Assembly: GCA_963813155.1 (NCBI GenBank)
Contig: CAWEYG010000001.1
Location: 192,001-256,000 of the forward strand
DNA from: an uncultured Acidobacteriota bacterium
Lineage (GTDB): Bacteria > Acidobacteriota > Thermoanaerobaculia > UBA5066 > DATFVB01
Length of the DNA stretch: 64,000 nt
Reading direction: 5' to 3'
The notes beneath the pieces were generated by a model. That model had not been told where the DNA came from. It saw only the letters and a list, made by a program, of their open reading frames with translations, and searched no databases. Shown here in pieces: positions 28,092 through 38,400 of the stretch. Position 1 is the first letter of the stretch. The number at the start of each line of letters is the position of its first letter. Both the position numbers and the translations under genes were made by a program.

Positions 28092-29929
28092 TTCCGTCCC
28101 CGCAGTTTCCCGGCCCAGAGGTGGATACGCCACGCCTTCGTTGCTTCCATCGCGCGGACCAGAGACGTCAGGCGATCGATCTCCACGTAGAGCGACTGTC
28201 CCAGGCGGGAAGCGTCGAGCACCTCCGCCGTGAGCCGCCGGGTCTCCGACTCCAGCGCCTGGACCGCTCCGAACCGCCGGTCCGACTCCGCGCGAATCTC
28301 CTCCAGGCACTCGCGGAGGCTCTGCGTCTCCCCCGCCAGACGGCGATGGCTCGCCCGCTGGTAGGCGAGCTCTCCCGCCGACCGATATTCCTTCTCGGAG
28401 ACCTCCCAGAGTCGCTTCGAAACGCGGTCGAGCACCCGGGCGGGCGTCTCGTCGTCGCGGAAGCCGCGGTACCGCTCCAGGATCTTCCGGCGAGCCGCGA
28501 GAAACGGCTCCCCCCCGGATTCCACGTGCCCCTCTTCTCCCTCGAAAACTCGGTAATAGGCCGTCACCGCCCGCAAGTGACGAAACGGCGCCTCTCGCGA
28601 AAGGCGGATCAGGAGATCCCAGTCCTCCGAGAATTCCAGGCCCGTGTCGAAACCTCCCGCCTTGCGGACGAGGGCCGCGTCGAAGAGAACGCACGGAAGC
28701 GGAATGTAGTTCGCGTAAAGGAGAAATTCTCGGTCGAAATCCATCGAGTACTGGAGCTCGCGATGACGCTCCTTCCACCCCTCGCCTTCGCGCTCCAGAA
28801 GCACGACGACCGAGTCGGAATAGACGATCGGTTCGGGACCGGCGGCGCGCGCGGCGAGCAGCCGCTCGAAGTGGTCGGGGGAGACGAGGTCGTCGTCGTC
28901 CAGATAGACGACCGCGTCTTCGCGGGTCTTCGCAAGGCCCTCGTTGGCCGCGGCCGACCTCCCGAGCGACTTTTCATGCGTCACCGGAAGCACGGAGAAC
29001 GCCGTTTCGAAACGGGACAGGAGCGGTTCGACGGCCACGCCGCCGTCGTTGACCACGACGACGCTTCGGGGCCTCGCCGTCTGGGCGGCCAGGCTCTCGA
29101 GAGCCTCGACGAGCAGGGCGGGGCGATTCTTCGTCCGGACGATGGCGGCGGCGGGCGCCGTCTGGTACGACCCCGCGGCGATCGATGCCGGCCCGATCGC
29201 CCGGCGAAGCTCCGCCAGGGGCGTGACCGAGGCATCCCGGGCGGAAATGACGTGAAAAGCTTCCACGGGTCCTGCGCCCGAGAGAGTCAGCGAGCGAAAA
29301 GCGTTCAACCCCGCGACCGCTCCCCCGTAGTCGCGGACCGCCGCCTGCGAAACGAACTTGCCGACGGCGCGATTCTTCTTCTCGCCGCGGTCGCCGAGCG
29401 GAACGAGCGCATTCGGCAGGATCGGCTGGGTCACCTCGTAGAACACGAGCCGAACAAGGCGGTACGTCTCGAAGCCGGCGTCTCCGGCCCGCATTCCGGC
29501 GACGAGGCCGTAGCCGGCTTCCGCGACGGCCCGGTGGTCGGGATGGATTTCGCACGGCGACGGAAGGACGATGACGTCGGGACGAAACGCCGTCACATGA
29601 TCGCGAAGCAGTTTCGCGAGGTCGCGCTTCCGCGCGGAGAGCGCGCGATCGGGCAGGCCCTCGAAGGCATAGTCCGAAATCCCGAGCTCGGCGCCAGCCT
29701 CCCTCGCCTCGCGCCGCCGGATCTCCGGATCGGACGAGCCTTCGCCCCGGTCCTCCTGCGCCTCGCCGCCCGTGAGAACGACGACGCGGACCGCCTCGGC
29801 GGTCTCCGCGAAGAAGGCGAGAAGGCCTCCGGCCCCGAAGACTTCGTCGTCGGGATGCGCGGCCAGCGCGAGAACCCTCTCGGCCCGGATCTCCGCGGCC
29901 TCGTAGGGAATCAAGTCTTTCTCTTCCAT
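28088..29929 (-). CDS. PIG-L/LmbE deacetylase + GT2 + C-terminal coiled coil fusion
   Basis: AHPDDE, RRREA, HPDH; VRTKNRP, VNDGG, YLDDDD, EDWDL; heptad-rich tail ending MEATKAWRI. Confidence 0.88.
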   Translation of the reverse strand: MEEKDLIPYEAAEIRAERVLALAAHPDDEVFGAGGLLAFFAETAEAVRVVVLTGGEAQEDRGEGSSDPEIRRREAREAGAELGISDYAFEGLPDRALSARKRDLAKLLRDHVTAFRPDVIVLPSPCEIHPDHRAVAEAGYGLVAGMRAGDAGFETYRLVRLVFYEVTQPILPNALVPLGDRGEKKNRAVGKFVSQAAVRDYGGAVAGLNAFRSLTLSGAGPVEAFHVISARDASVTPLAELRRAIGPASIAAGSYQTAPAAAIVRTKNRPALLVEALESLAAQTARPRSVVVVNDGGVAVEPLLSRFETAFSVLPVTHEKSLGRSAAANEGLAKTREDAVVYLDDDDLVSPDHFERLLAARAAGPEPIVYSDSVVVLLEREGEGWKERHRELQYSMDFDREFLLYANYIPLPCVLFDAALVRKAGGFDTGLEFSEDWDLLIRLSREAPFRHLRAVTAYYRVFEGEEGHVESGGEPFLAARRKILERYRGFRDDETPARVLDRVSKRLWEVSEKEYRSAGELAYQRASHRRLAGETQSLRECLEEIRAESDRRFGAVQALESETRRLTAEVLDASRLGQSLYVEIDRLTSLVRAMEATKAWRIHLWAGKLRGRK

Positions 29930-29948
29930 CGGTTTTCCGATTCTAACC

Positions 29949-30917
29949 TCAGCGGTCATCGTACACGCCGGCCGCCAGGTACGCGTGGTGAACGAACGTC
30001 TGCAGGGTCTCCTCGTCGAACACGACCGCGGTCACGAAGGAAAACCCCGCATCGCGGACCTGCCGCGGCCACTCGCGCCGACCGATCGCCGTTTCCATCG
30101 CGTTCCCGGCCGCGCCGCCGGGCGGCTGCCAGAAGACGAGATTTCGGCACCCCATCGCTCGAGCCTCGGCGCCCAGGTCTCCGAGAAGCGCTCCGGCCAG
30201 GCCGGGGTCGGGCCGTTCCAGCAGGTAGTCCATGACCAACGCCGTCTCTCCGACGGCGGAGAGAACGCCCCAGGCGCAGTCCCCCGACTCACCCGGAATC
30301 GTGATCATCCGGTAATACCGATCGGGCCGCGCGTGGTATCTCCAGTTCGCTCGCGCGCGGTCGCGAACGAGGCAGGCGGCGTCCACCGACGTCCGGGCCC
30401 GCGCCCAGAGCGCGTCGAAACCCGGCCCGACCGAATCCGATGCCACGGCCACTCCGGACGATTCACCCGGTGCCGAGATGTCGAGCCCGACCTCGCGGAT
30501 CGGGAAATGAGACCGATACCCGAGCAGGCGGCGGCCGATCTCATAGGCCCGCGAATTCGGAAACCCGAAGCCGAAGGGAATGCCGCGGTTCTTCAAGGCT
30601 TCGAACATCGCTTCCGCGATGGTTCGGAAGACGTTCCGGCGGCCGCCGAGATGCCGAACCGCGGGGTCGGTCGCGACGTCCCCGAGCGAGACGATCGTCG
30701 TCGGCCTTCCTCCGATCCAGGCGCCCATCAGCCATCCGCCGTAGTGGCCGACGATCCTCTCGTTCCATTCGGCGACGACCGAAATCCAGCCGTCGGGATT
30801 GGAGGGGTACTTCCAGCGCCACTCCTCCTCCGACATCGCCCTCGGAAAGACCAGGCCAAAGAGCTCGCGGATTCCGGCCGAATCGGAAACCGAGGCCATC
30901 CGCACGGAAAAACTCAC
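29949..30917 (-). CDS. GNAT family N-acyltransferase
   Basis: WRWKY, IVGHYGG, DVATDPAVR, FGFPN, WRY. Confidence 0.8.
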   Translation of the reverse strand: MSFSVRMASVSDSAGIRELFGLVFPRAMSEEEWRWKYPSNPDGWISVVAEWNERIVGHYGGWLMGAWIGGRPTTIVSLGDVATDPAVRHLGGRRNVFRTIAEAMFEALKNRGIPFGFGFPNSRAYEIGRRLLGYRSHFPIREVGLDISAPGESSGVAVASDSVGPGFDALWARARTSVDAACLVRDRARANWRYHARPDRYYRMITIPGESGDCAWGVLSAVGETALVMDYLLERPDPGLAGALLGDLGAEARAMGCRNLVFWQPPGGAAGNAMETAIGRREWPRQVRDAGFSFVTAVVFDEETLQTFVHHAYLAAGVYDDR

Positions 30918-31957
30918 GACCGGACCGCGTGAAAGATTTGTCCCGCCTCTCCGGTCGCCGTGTCGAAAATCCGCAGGTACAGGGAAGGGCCGATCGCGGC
31001 GAAGAGATCCGACAGCTCCACCTGGCCGTCGAGCGTCGCCGAGGCGAATGGCCGGGCGCTGGGGTTCAGCGAAACGGCGACGGCCGCCCCGGATCTCGCC
31101 TCGAGCGGCCGCGAGGCGTCCCACGCCGGCGGCGAGAACGAACGCGCGCGCTTCTCGGCCCAACCGAGAATCCCGCCGCCCAGCGCTCCCCAACGGCGCC
31201 GGCGATAGAGGCTCCTCGACGCCTGCCGCCTTCTCTCCGAATCGGGGTTCCGCGACGACGAGGACCCGGGGAAATGACATGCCCGGGACTCCGCGACGAC
31301 CCTCAGCCGGAGCCCGGCCGACCGCAGCCGATCCTCCCATTCCGTCTCTTCGTACTCGAAGGAGAACCGCTCGTCGAATCGTCCGACGCGGTCGAGAACG
31401 TCTTTTCGCGTCATCACGATCGAACCGGTCAGATGATCCGCGTCTCCGCCTCGCTGCCACAGGCGCCATTGCCGGGTCGCGGCGGAGGCGAACCGTCTCC
31501 GCTCCCACAGGCCGGGCGAGGCGCCCCGGAACTGAAGGAGGTCTCTCGCGAATCCGGGCGCGAAGCCGGTGGGAAGGAAAATGCGCGCCGTTCGGTCCGC
31601 GAACTGAACCGGAGCCGCCGCGCCCACCAGCTCCCGACTCGCCGCCTCGATCAAGGACCCGAGACAGCCGGGAAGGAACTCGATGTCCGCGTTGCAGAGG
31701 AGCAGCAGTTTCGACTCCCCCGCCGCGATCCCGGCATTCAGGCCGCCGGAGTAACCGCGATTCTCGCGCAGAAGAACGAGGCGGTCCGCCTCCACCGCCG
31801 GCAGCCGCCCGGCGTCGTCCGCGCCGGAATCGCAATCGACGACGACGACGAACGGCCGAACACCCTCCTCGCCGGCGGTCCGGCGCAAAGAGCGGACCGC
31901 CTCGAGGCAGAGATCGGCGGTTCGGTGGTTGACGAAGATCGCGGTGAAATCAAACAT
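30914..31957 (-). CDS. Glycosyltransferase family 2
   Basis: VVDCDS, NRGYSGGLNAG, CNAD, FDERFSFEYEETEW. Confidence 0.85.
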   Translation of the reverse strand: MFDFTAIFVNHRTADLCLEAVRSLRRTAGEEGVRPFVVVVDCDSGADDAGRLPAVEADRLVLLRENRGYSGGLNAGIAAGESKLLLLCNADIEFLPGCLGSLIEAASRELVGAAAPVQFADRTARIFLPTGFAPGFARDLLQFRGASPGLWERRRFASAATRQWRLWQRGGDADHLTGSIVMTRKDVLDRVGRFDERFSFEYEETEWEDRLRSAGLRLRVVAESRACHFPGSSSSRNPDSERRRQASRSLYRRRRWGALGGGILGWAEKRARSFSPPAWDASRPLEARSGAAVAVSLNPSARPFASATLDGQVELSDLFAAIGPSLYLRIFDTATGEAGQIFHAVRS

Positions 31958-32954
31958 CGACCGCTCTCCGAAACGCCTCCTCGAGCCGGTCGCCGACGTC
32001 CGCCGTTCGAAAGCGCCCGGCTCGCACGGGACCCTCGGCGGACAGCCTCCGGCGCGTCTCTTCCTCTCCGAGGAGCCGCAAGATCGCGAGTCGGATTCCC
32101 GCGACATCGCGAGGCGGAAAAAAGATCGCCGAGGCGCCGGCAATCGACCGGTGCGACGGCGTGTCGGAGAGCGCAGCCGGAAGCCCGGCCGCGAGCGCCT
32201 CGAGCGTCGGCAGTCCGAAACCCTCGTTCTCGTGGTTCGGGCCGAGAAAAATATCGGCGTCGGCGAGCAGCGCGGGCATCCGTCGCGGGGGAAGAGCGCG
32301 GTGGTAGTCGTCGACGACCCTCCATTGCCCCTCGCCGTCCGACATCGGTTCCGGCGACACGCGGACGAGCCGAAAGGGCCATCCCTGATCGCGCAGACCG
32401 CGAAGAGCCTCGAGGGCCTCGCGGACCCCCTTGAGATCGATCTCGAAGATTCCGGGCAGGAGGATCTTCAGGGGTCCCCTCGGGTCGGCCCGCGCGGCGC
32501 CGAGGAATTCCCCGGGTTCGAAGGCCTGGCCGACGTCCTGAACGTCCGAATAACCGAGACGATTGAGGGAATCGCGCAGGTGCGGCGAGACCACGACCTT
32601 TCGAGGGATGAGGCGATACGCGCCCTCGATCGCCTCACTCTGCGCAGCGTAGAAGGCGCTCTCGGTTTCGAGCCCCTGGCAGAGGTGAAACAGCGCCCCC
32701 GACGCCGTCGCCGCAGCCGGCTCGATCGTCGTCCAGAATGTCGCGACCGCGACGTCCGCGTCGCGAAGGCGTTCCGAGGAAGCGAAGAGCGATCTTTCGT
32801 ATCGCGCGTGCCGCAAGGAATACCAGCCGGGAGCGTCCTCGGGTCCGATCACCGTGACGGCGTGGCCCCGCCGCGCAAGCTCGTCGGCCTGCTGCAGGAT
32901 GACCTTCCCTCCCCCCGAAATCATGCTCGACGCCAGCAGGTAGACGATCTTCAT
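31950..32954 (-). CDS. Glycosyltransferase family 4
   Basis: SGGGKVI, ATFWTT, EGFGLPTLEALAAG. Confidence 0.9.
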   Translation of the reverse strand: MKIVYLLASSMISGGGKVILQQADELARRGHAVTVIGPEDAPGWYSLRHARYERSLFASSERLRDADVAVATFWTTIEPAAATASGALFHLCQGLETESAFYAAQSEAIEGAYRLIPRKVVVSPHLRDSLNRLGYSDVQDVGQAFEPGEFLGAARADPRGPLKILLPGIFEIDLKGVREALEALRGLRDQGWPFRLVRVSPEPMSDGEGQWRVVDDYHRALPPRRMPALLADADIFLGPNHENEGFGLPTLEALAAGLPAALSDTPSHRSIAGASAIFFPPRDVAGIRLAILRLLGEEETRRRLSAEGPVRAGRFRTADVGDRLEEAFRRAVDV

Positions 32955-34123
32955 TCGGCCAGGCCGCCGTCCGCGCGAGCGACGATCAGGAGCTCCGTCA
33001 CCGCGAGATCGCCCGCGCCCCCGCCGAGCTTCGCGAGGCGTTCCTGCCAGGCGAGAACGCGAGGCGCGGGCCGGGATTCGACGCCCGAAATCTCGACCGG
33101 CACGTACCCGCTCGACTCGAAGAGATCGGCGAGGGATTGCCGCGTGAAGAACCGCACGTGGGTGCCGGAGAGGATCGAATACGGGATGTAGTCGAACCGG
33201 CCTTCGAGCAGATCCGCGATGACCGCCGCATTCCCGACGTTCGGAACCGACGCGACGACGCGCCCGCGGGGCGAAAGCCACGGCAGCACCTGTTCGAGGG
33301 CCTGCCCAGGGTCCTCGAGGTGCTCGAGGACGTCGCCGAACAGGATCGCGTCGAACCGGCCACGCCACTCTTCGCCGCGCACGCCTTCGAGGAGGCTGCA
33401 GACGATACGGTCGTAGCGCGACTCCGCAAAGCGCGCGTCTCCGGCGTCCGGCTCCACTCCGACGATTTCCTCCACCCCGCGGGCTCTCAGGAGACCGGCC
33501 GAGGCTCCCCGCGCGCATCCCACGTCCAGAACCGATCGTGCTCCCGCCGGAACGCGCTCCGCGAGGTCGGACCGCTCGGAGGCGGCGAGATCACCGTAGC
33601 GGTGAACATAAGCCCCCCGGTCGACGGCGATTCGGGCGCCCCGCGCCGAACGCGGAACGTCGGCGAGGGGAAGCTCCGCGGGCATGCCGGCGAGAAGCGA
33701 CCGCCGAATCGCGAACACCGGAAAATCCGCCCGTTCGATCGCCGACCGACCGGCTCCGCTCTCCGCGACCAGCGCGGCGATTTCCGCGAGCCCGGAAGGC
33801 GTCGCGTAGTCGAAGCCGGGAGGAGATTTCAGGGCCGGGTCCGGCGATTCGTTCGAGACCGGCACGGCGAGATCGGCGTAACTCTCCGCAATCGCCGACG
33901 CGAGACGCCGCTGGCTGATCTCGGGCACCAGGGCCTCCGGGTCCGCGCAGACGAAAACCACGTCCGCCGATCCGCCGGCCGAGCCGACGGTCGGAGTCCT
34001 CCCGAACGCGACGGTTTCCACCCTTGCCGGCACGCGGCGCAGGAGGCGCAGCGCCAACCGCCGAGACCACTGCGCCTCCTGGGCAAACCGGGGGACGCCG
34101 CCGTAAACGCGATCGAGATCCAC
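32951..34123 (-). CDS. Class I SAM methyltransferase with N-terminal GT-like remnant
   Basis: VLDVGCARG, GVEPD, DVLEHLEDP, SVPNV, THVRFFT. Confidence 0.87.
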   Translation of the reverse strand: MDLDRVYGGVPRFAQEAQWSRRLALRLLRRVPARVETVAFGRTPTVGSAGGSADVVFVCADPEALVPEISQRRLASAIAESYADLAVPVSNESPDPALKSPPGFDYATPSGLAEIAALVAESGAGRSAIERADFPVFAIRRSLLAGMPAELPLADVPRSARGARIAVDRGAYVHRYGDLAASERSDLAERVPAGARSVLDVGCARGASAGLLRARGVEEIVGVEPDAGDARFAESRYDRIVCSLLEGVRGEEWRGRFDAILFGDVLEHLEDPGQALEQVLPWLSPRGRVVASVPNVGNAAVIADLLEGRFDYIPYSILSGTHVRFFTRQSLADLFESSGYVPVEISGVESRPAPRVLAWQERLAKLGGGAGDLAVTELLIVARADGGLAE

Positions 34124-34129
34124 TGAGGA

Positions 34130-35362
34130 TTACCGTTGGCCGGCCGCGGACTCGGCGGCCTCGCGCACGGGGGCACCCGCCTCCTCGAGCGTCCAGCGAC
34201 TCGGCACCTTCAGAAGCCCCACCACGTACTCCGCCGAATGGACCGTGAAGCCGGGGTCGAGCCTCCGAAAGTCATGAGGATAAAGGGCTTTTTCGTCAGC
34301 AACGAAGGCGGAAACCGTGAAATTGCCGTGCGAGAGCGGCAGGTCGGGGATCGTCAGGCGGACCCGGAATCGATCGCTCCCGGACAGCGGCGCAAGATTC
34401 CAGGTCGACGTGTCGCACCCGAAGACCTGGACTCCGTCCTCGCGGTCGATGCCGACGCGAACCTGGAAGGAAAGCGAAGGCTCCGTCGTCCGGAATTCCA
34501 CGTCGACCGCGACGGTCTCGCCCGCCGCGAATTCCGAACGCGGAAATCCGGAACCGTCGTGCACGACGATCTCGGTGATCTGCGCCGGGATCCTGCCGGA
34601 AAACGCGGTCGTCGCCGGAGAGGACGCGCGGCGCTCCTTCTGCTCGAGGAAGGATTCGTATTTCGCGATTACCGGAACGGCCGGGCCCAGTTCCCGGGCC
34701 TTCCCGTGGTCGATCCACATCGCCTCGTCGCAGATCATGGCGATGTAGTACATGGCATGAGAACAGAACAGCAGCGTCCCGCCGCGCTTCTTGAACTCGA
34801 CGATCCGGTCGATCGACTTCTTCTGGAAATACCCGTCGCCGACCGCGAGAGCCTCGTCGATGATCAGGACGTCCGCATCCACGTGCGTCGCGACCGAAAA
34901 AGCGAGCCGCAGCGCCATTCCCGAGGAATACGTCTTGACCGGCCGGTCGAAGAACTCCCCGAGCTCGGAAAATTCGCGGATCTCCGGAAGGCGCCGCTTC
35001 ATTTCGGCGGAGGACAGCCCGAGCAGGGCGGCGTTGATCCGCGCGTTCTCCTGGCCGGAAAACTCCGGATGAAATCCCATCCCGAGCTCGAGAATGGAGG
35101 CGACGGTTCCCGAAGTGGCGATCGTTCCCTCCGAAGGCGTCGTCGTTCCCGCCACGATTTTGAGCAGCGTGGACTTTCCGGCTCCGTTCTCGCCGATCAG
35201 CCCGAGACTGGCGCCTCGCGGCAGGTCGAAAGAGACTCCCGCCAGGGACGGAAAGTCCCGGTGCCGGGAGGATCGCGTGATCGCCTCGATCAGCCGGTCG
35301 GCCGGCCGCTCATAGAGCTTGTACGTCTTCCCGAGGTTGCGCGCCCTGACTGCGACGTCCAT
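34130..35362 (-). CDS. wzt: Polysaccharide ABC exporter ATPase with C-terminal carbohydrate-binding domain (Wzt_C)
   Basis: GENGAGKST, LGMGFHPEFSG, YSSGM, IDEALAVGD, SH; beta-rich C-terminal extension. Confidence 0.93.
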   Translation of the reverse strand: MDVAVRARNLGKTYKLYERPADRLIEAITRSSRHRDFPSLAGVSFDLPRGASLGLIGENGAGKSTLLKIVAGTTTPSEGTIATSGTVASILELGMGFHPEFSGQENARINAALLGLSSAEMKRRLPEIREFSELGEFFDRPVKTYSSGMALRLAFSVATHVDADVLIIDEALAVGDGYFQKKSIDRIVEFKKRGGTLLFCSHAMYYIAMICDEAMWIDHGKARELGPAVPVIAKYESFLEQKERRASSPATTAFSGRIPAQITEIVVHDGSGFPRSEFAAGETVAVDVEFRTTEPSLSFQVRVGIDREDGVQVFGCDTSTWNLAPLSGSDRFRVRLTIPDLPLSHGNFTVSAFVADEKALYPHDFRRLDPGFTVHSAEYVVGLLKVPSRWTLEEAGAPVREAAESAAGQR

Positions 35363-35420
35363 TCTTCGTGCCATTCTACCGGTTGTACGGAGCGCGGCCC
35401 ACCCGGCGCGGCCGGGCCTC

Positions 35421-35451
35421 AAAAAGAGCGGCCCGGGTCGCCCCGGGCCGC
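35421..35451 (-). terminator. Rho-independent terminator after the PKD-domain gene
   Basis: Minus strand GCGGCCCGGG-GCGA-CCCGGGCCGC followed by TCTTTTT. Confidence 0.8.
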
Positions 35452-35473
35452 AAAGACTCCCGATACCGGAGAC

Positions 35474-38400
35474 CTAGTTCGAAGGCTTCTTTCCCGGCAC
35501 GAAGACGAGGTCCTTGCTGTGCTGGTCCTGAACGGTCGCAAATGCGGCCACGGGCGTGTTTCCCGTGCCGGTGGCGCTGATGATCAGGTTGAAGGCCTTC
35601 CCTGCGAGTGCCGCCGTCGAGGCGTCGCCCGTCGTCGGCTGGTACACGAAATGGCCGATCCCGGCGCTGTTCAAGGTGTAGTCGCGGCTGAAGAGGGGCG
35701 CGCCCCCGGTGACGTCGTAGGCGTCGACGTGAACCGTGACCGGAGCATCGCCCATCGCCAGAAAGCCGAACTTCGAAATGAAATTGAAGTTGCCGGGCGT
35801 CGTCGAGTCCGGATCATTGTGAAGGCCGGCCAGGAAGATCTGCGAGTTCGAGCCGGGAAGCAGCCCGTCCGAAAGCGCATACGCCGGCAACTGCATCCCG
35901 TACGAACCGCCGTTGCTGTCGAGGTTGTAGTTTCGACCCTCGATGATGAGCGGCTGGTCGTCGTTCGGAACGTACTGAATCACGAGATCGCCGATGACGG
36001 TTCCCTGAACGGACGGGAAGAGCGTCGTCACGACGTCGTTGATCGAAAGGGCTTCTCCCCCCGGGATCGTCAGGAGCTCCACGAGTTGATAAGTCCTCTC
36101 CACCGCGGGCGTCACGCTCGCGTCCATGTAGTGCAATTGCACGTTCACGTTCGTCAGCGGGAAAGGCGACGTGTTCAGCATGTAGAGGTCCGTTCGGGTC
36201 CCTCCGTCGACCCGGCCCACGCCGGCAACGAAGTACTTGAGGGTCGCGCCCGGCGAGCCCACCTGGCGCGGCGTGTCGTCCGTCAGGAGCAACGAATCCT
36301 TCGTTCGGTTGTCGACGACCGTCCCGATCGCGATCGACGTGGCCCCTGCGCTGTTCGGATCCGGAGTGACCTTCGCGTAGAGGACGTTGTTCGGGTCCGG
36401 GTCGACGAGGAAGCAGGGACCGCCGCACGCCGTCGTGCTCGAGTCGACGAGGCCGATCTTCGCCTGCTGATATTGCCCCAGGGAGATCGCGAGCGACTGC
36501 CCCTCGGGCGTTCCGTCCGACTTGAAGAGCGAGACGTCGAAGACCCCGCCGGTCGAAGCCGTGTCGACGAGCGTGATCCCGCTGGAGAAGTTGTTGTCAA
36601 ACTTCAGCCCGACGAGGTTCTGGGTGGAAGACACGACGCCCTGGATCACCGGGCCGCTCCCGTTGATCTGGTACGACGGCAGATACGTTCCGTAGGTCGA
36701 GGCTCCCGCCCCGCCGGAGGAGTAGTAAATTCTCGCGAGAACCGTCGGAGCCTGGCCGGTGTACTTGATGAAGAGCGTGCCATAACCGGCTCCGCCGAGG
36801 AACGTCGTGATGTCACTGCTGTAGAACGACGCATGGCTCGCGAGCGGCTGCAACTGCGTGATCGACGTGTTGTAGCTCAACTTCGTGGGATCGGTCGTCT
36901 TCGTCGGATCGACCGCTTCGAAATCGAGCCCGACCGAGATCGGATTGCTGCTCGTGTTGAAAATCGAGAGCTCCGTCGCGAACGCGCCGACCTTGTTGCC
37001 GTTGCCGTCGTTCTTCGCGAGGTACCCTGCGCCCGGGACCACGAGCGCATTGAAGGCCTGGCCGGAGATCTTGAGGCTGGCAGAGGTCGTCGCGGACAGC
37101 GAGAGGCTGTTCGTCACCGTGAGACTGGCCTGGAACGTTCCGGGACCGCTGTACGCATGCGTCACCGCGGTGCCCGTGGCGGAGGAGCCGTCGCCAAACG
37201 CCCAATTGAAGACCGGGCTGTTCTGCGTCTCCTGGCCCTGGAACGAAATGACGTCCCCGGCCTTCGCAGAATACGTTCCGCCGAACTGGCTGAACTGCGC
37301 GCCGGTGATCGTGAATGCGGCCGACGGCGCCCCGGTGGGCGGCGGCGGCGGGGGCGGAGTCCCCCCCCGACCGAAACCTGTTTCGTCGCCGAGTACGACT
37401 GCCCGGAGACCGTAACGGTGAGGCTCAGTGTCGCGGTCTGGTTCGGCGTGTTGAACGTCCGGGTGATCGACGTGACCGTCGGGCCTCCCGTGGGGTTCAG
37501 CGTATTGTCGGACCAGATCCAGCCGTAAGAGCTGGGTGTGCCGCCCGACACGGTCGCCGTCCACGTATTTGCAGTCCCCGCGCTGACCGAGGTCGGTCCC
37601 GAAATCGAAGCCGACACTCCCCCCGGCGGTGGTGGCGGAGGCGGCGGAGGCGGCGGAGGCGGCGGAGGCGGCGGAGGCGGCGCCGACGACTGAATGGTGA
37701 TCGCCTGATTCATGACGATGCCTCCCACGGTCAGCTTCACCGTACGGGTCGCTGCCGAGGAGAACGTATGACTGACGGTCAGGTTCGTGGAAGAGTTCAC
37801 AACCGCGCTGCCGTCGCCGAAGTCCCAGGAGTCCGCGGTCGCCGGCTTGCTGCTGTCTCCCGAATCGTTCATCGGGATCGACTGGTTCATCGGCGCGCTC
37901 CAGGCACCGTTGAATTGGTTGAACGTCGCGGGGCTGCCGAAATTGATCGCGGGCGCGTAGGTGACGTTTGTCCCGATGATCGCTCCCGAATCCCAGTTGA
38001 TCGTCTTCGCGGAGCCGTCGTTGTAGGCGACCTGGAAGTGGACGTAGTAAGTGCCCGAGCTCGACGGGCCGGGCAGCGCCGTCGTCGCGTTGATCGCGTC
38101 GAATGCGCTCGGAAGCGCGGTCGCCCCCGTCCCGGTCGGGTTCGAGTCCCTCGTGTATGAGATGCCGGTGATCGACACTCCCGACGCCAGCTGACACAGG
38201 TTCTGAACGTTGAAATTCTGATTGAGCTGCACGGTCGTAGGCACCGAAAAGTTCGGAATGATCGACGTGACGTGCACGGTCCCGCTGACGGCCGCGGCCT
38301 TGTATCCCCCGGCGTAATTCGCGGCGACCGAGAACGTGTTTCCGTCGGAGACCGACGACCACGTGCACGGCTTGGCCGACTGGGTGGAACCGTTCTGGAT

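Noticed and set aside
34136-37528. Long antisense ORFs (e.g. 34136..37528 +, 52339..55431 -, 49038..52019 -, 28121..30235 +)
   Set aside because: Shadow ORFs expected in high-GC DNA opposite well-supported genes; Arg/Pro-rich with no recognisable motifs.
37624-37682. Tandem repeat as a CRISPR array
   Set aside because: 9-bp unit with no spacers, lies inside a CDS and encodes polyproline; no cas genes in the window.
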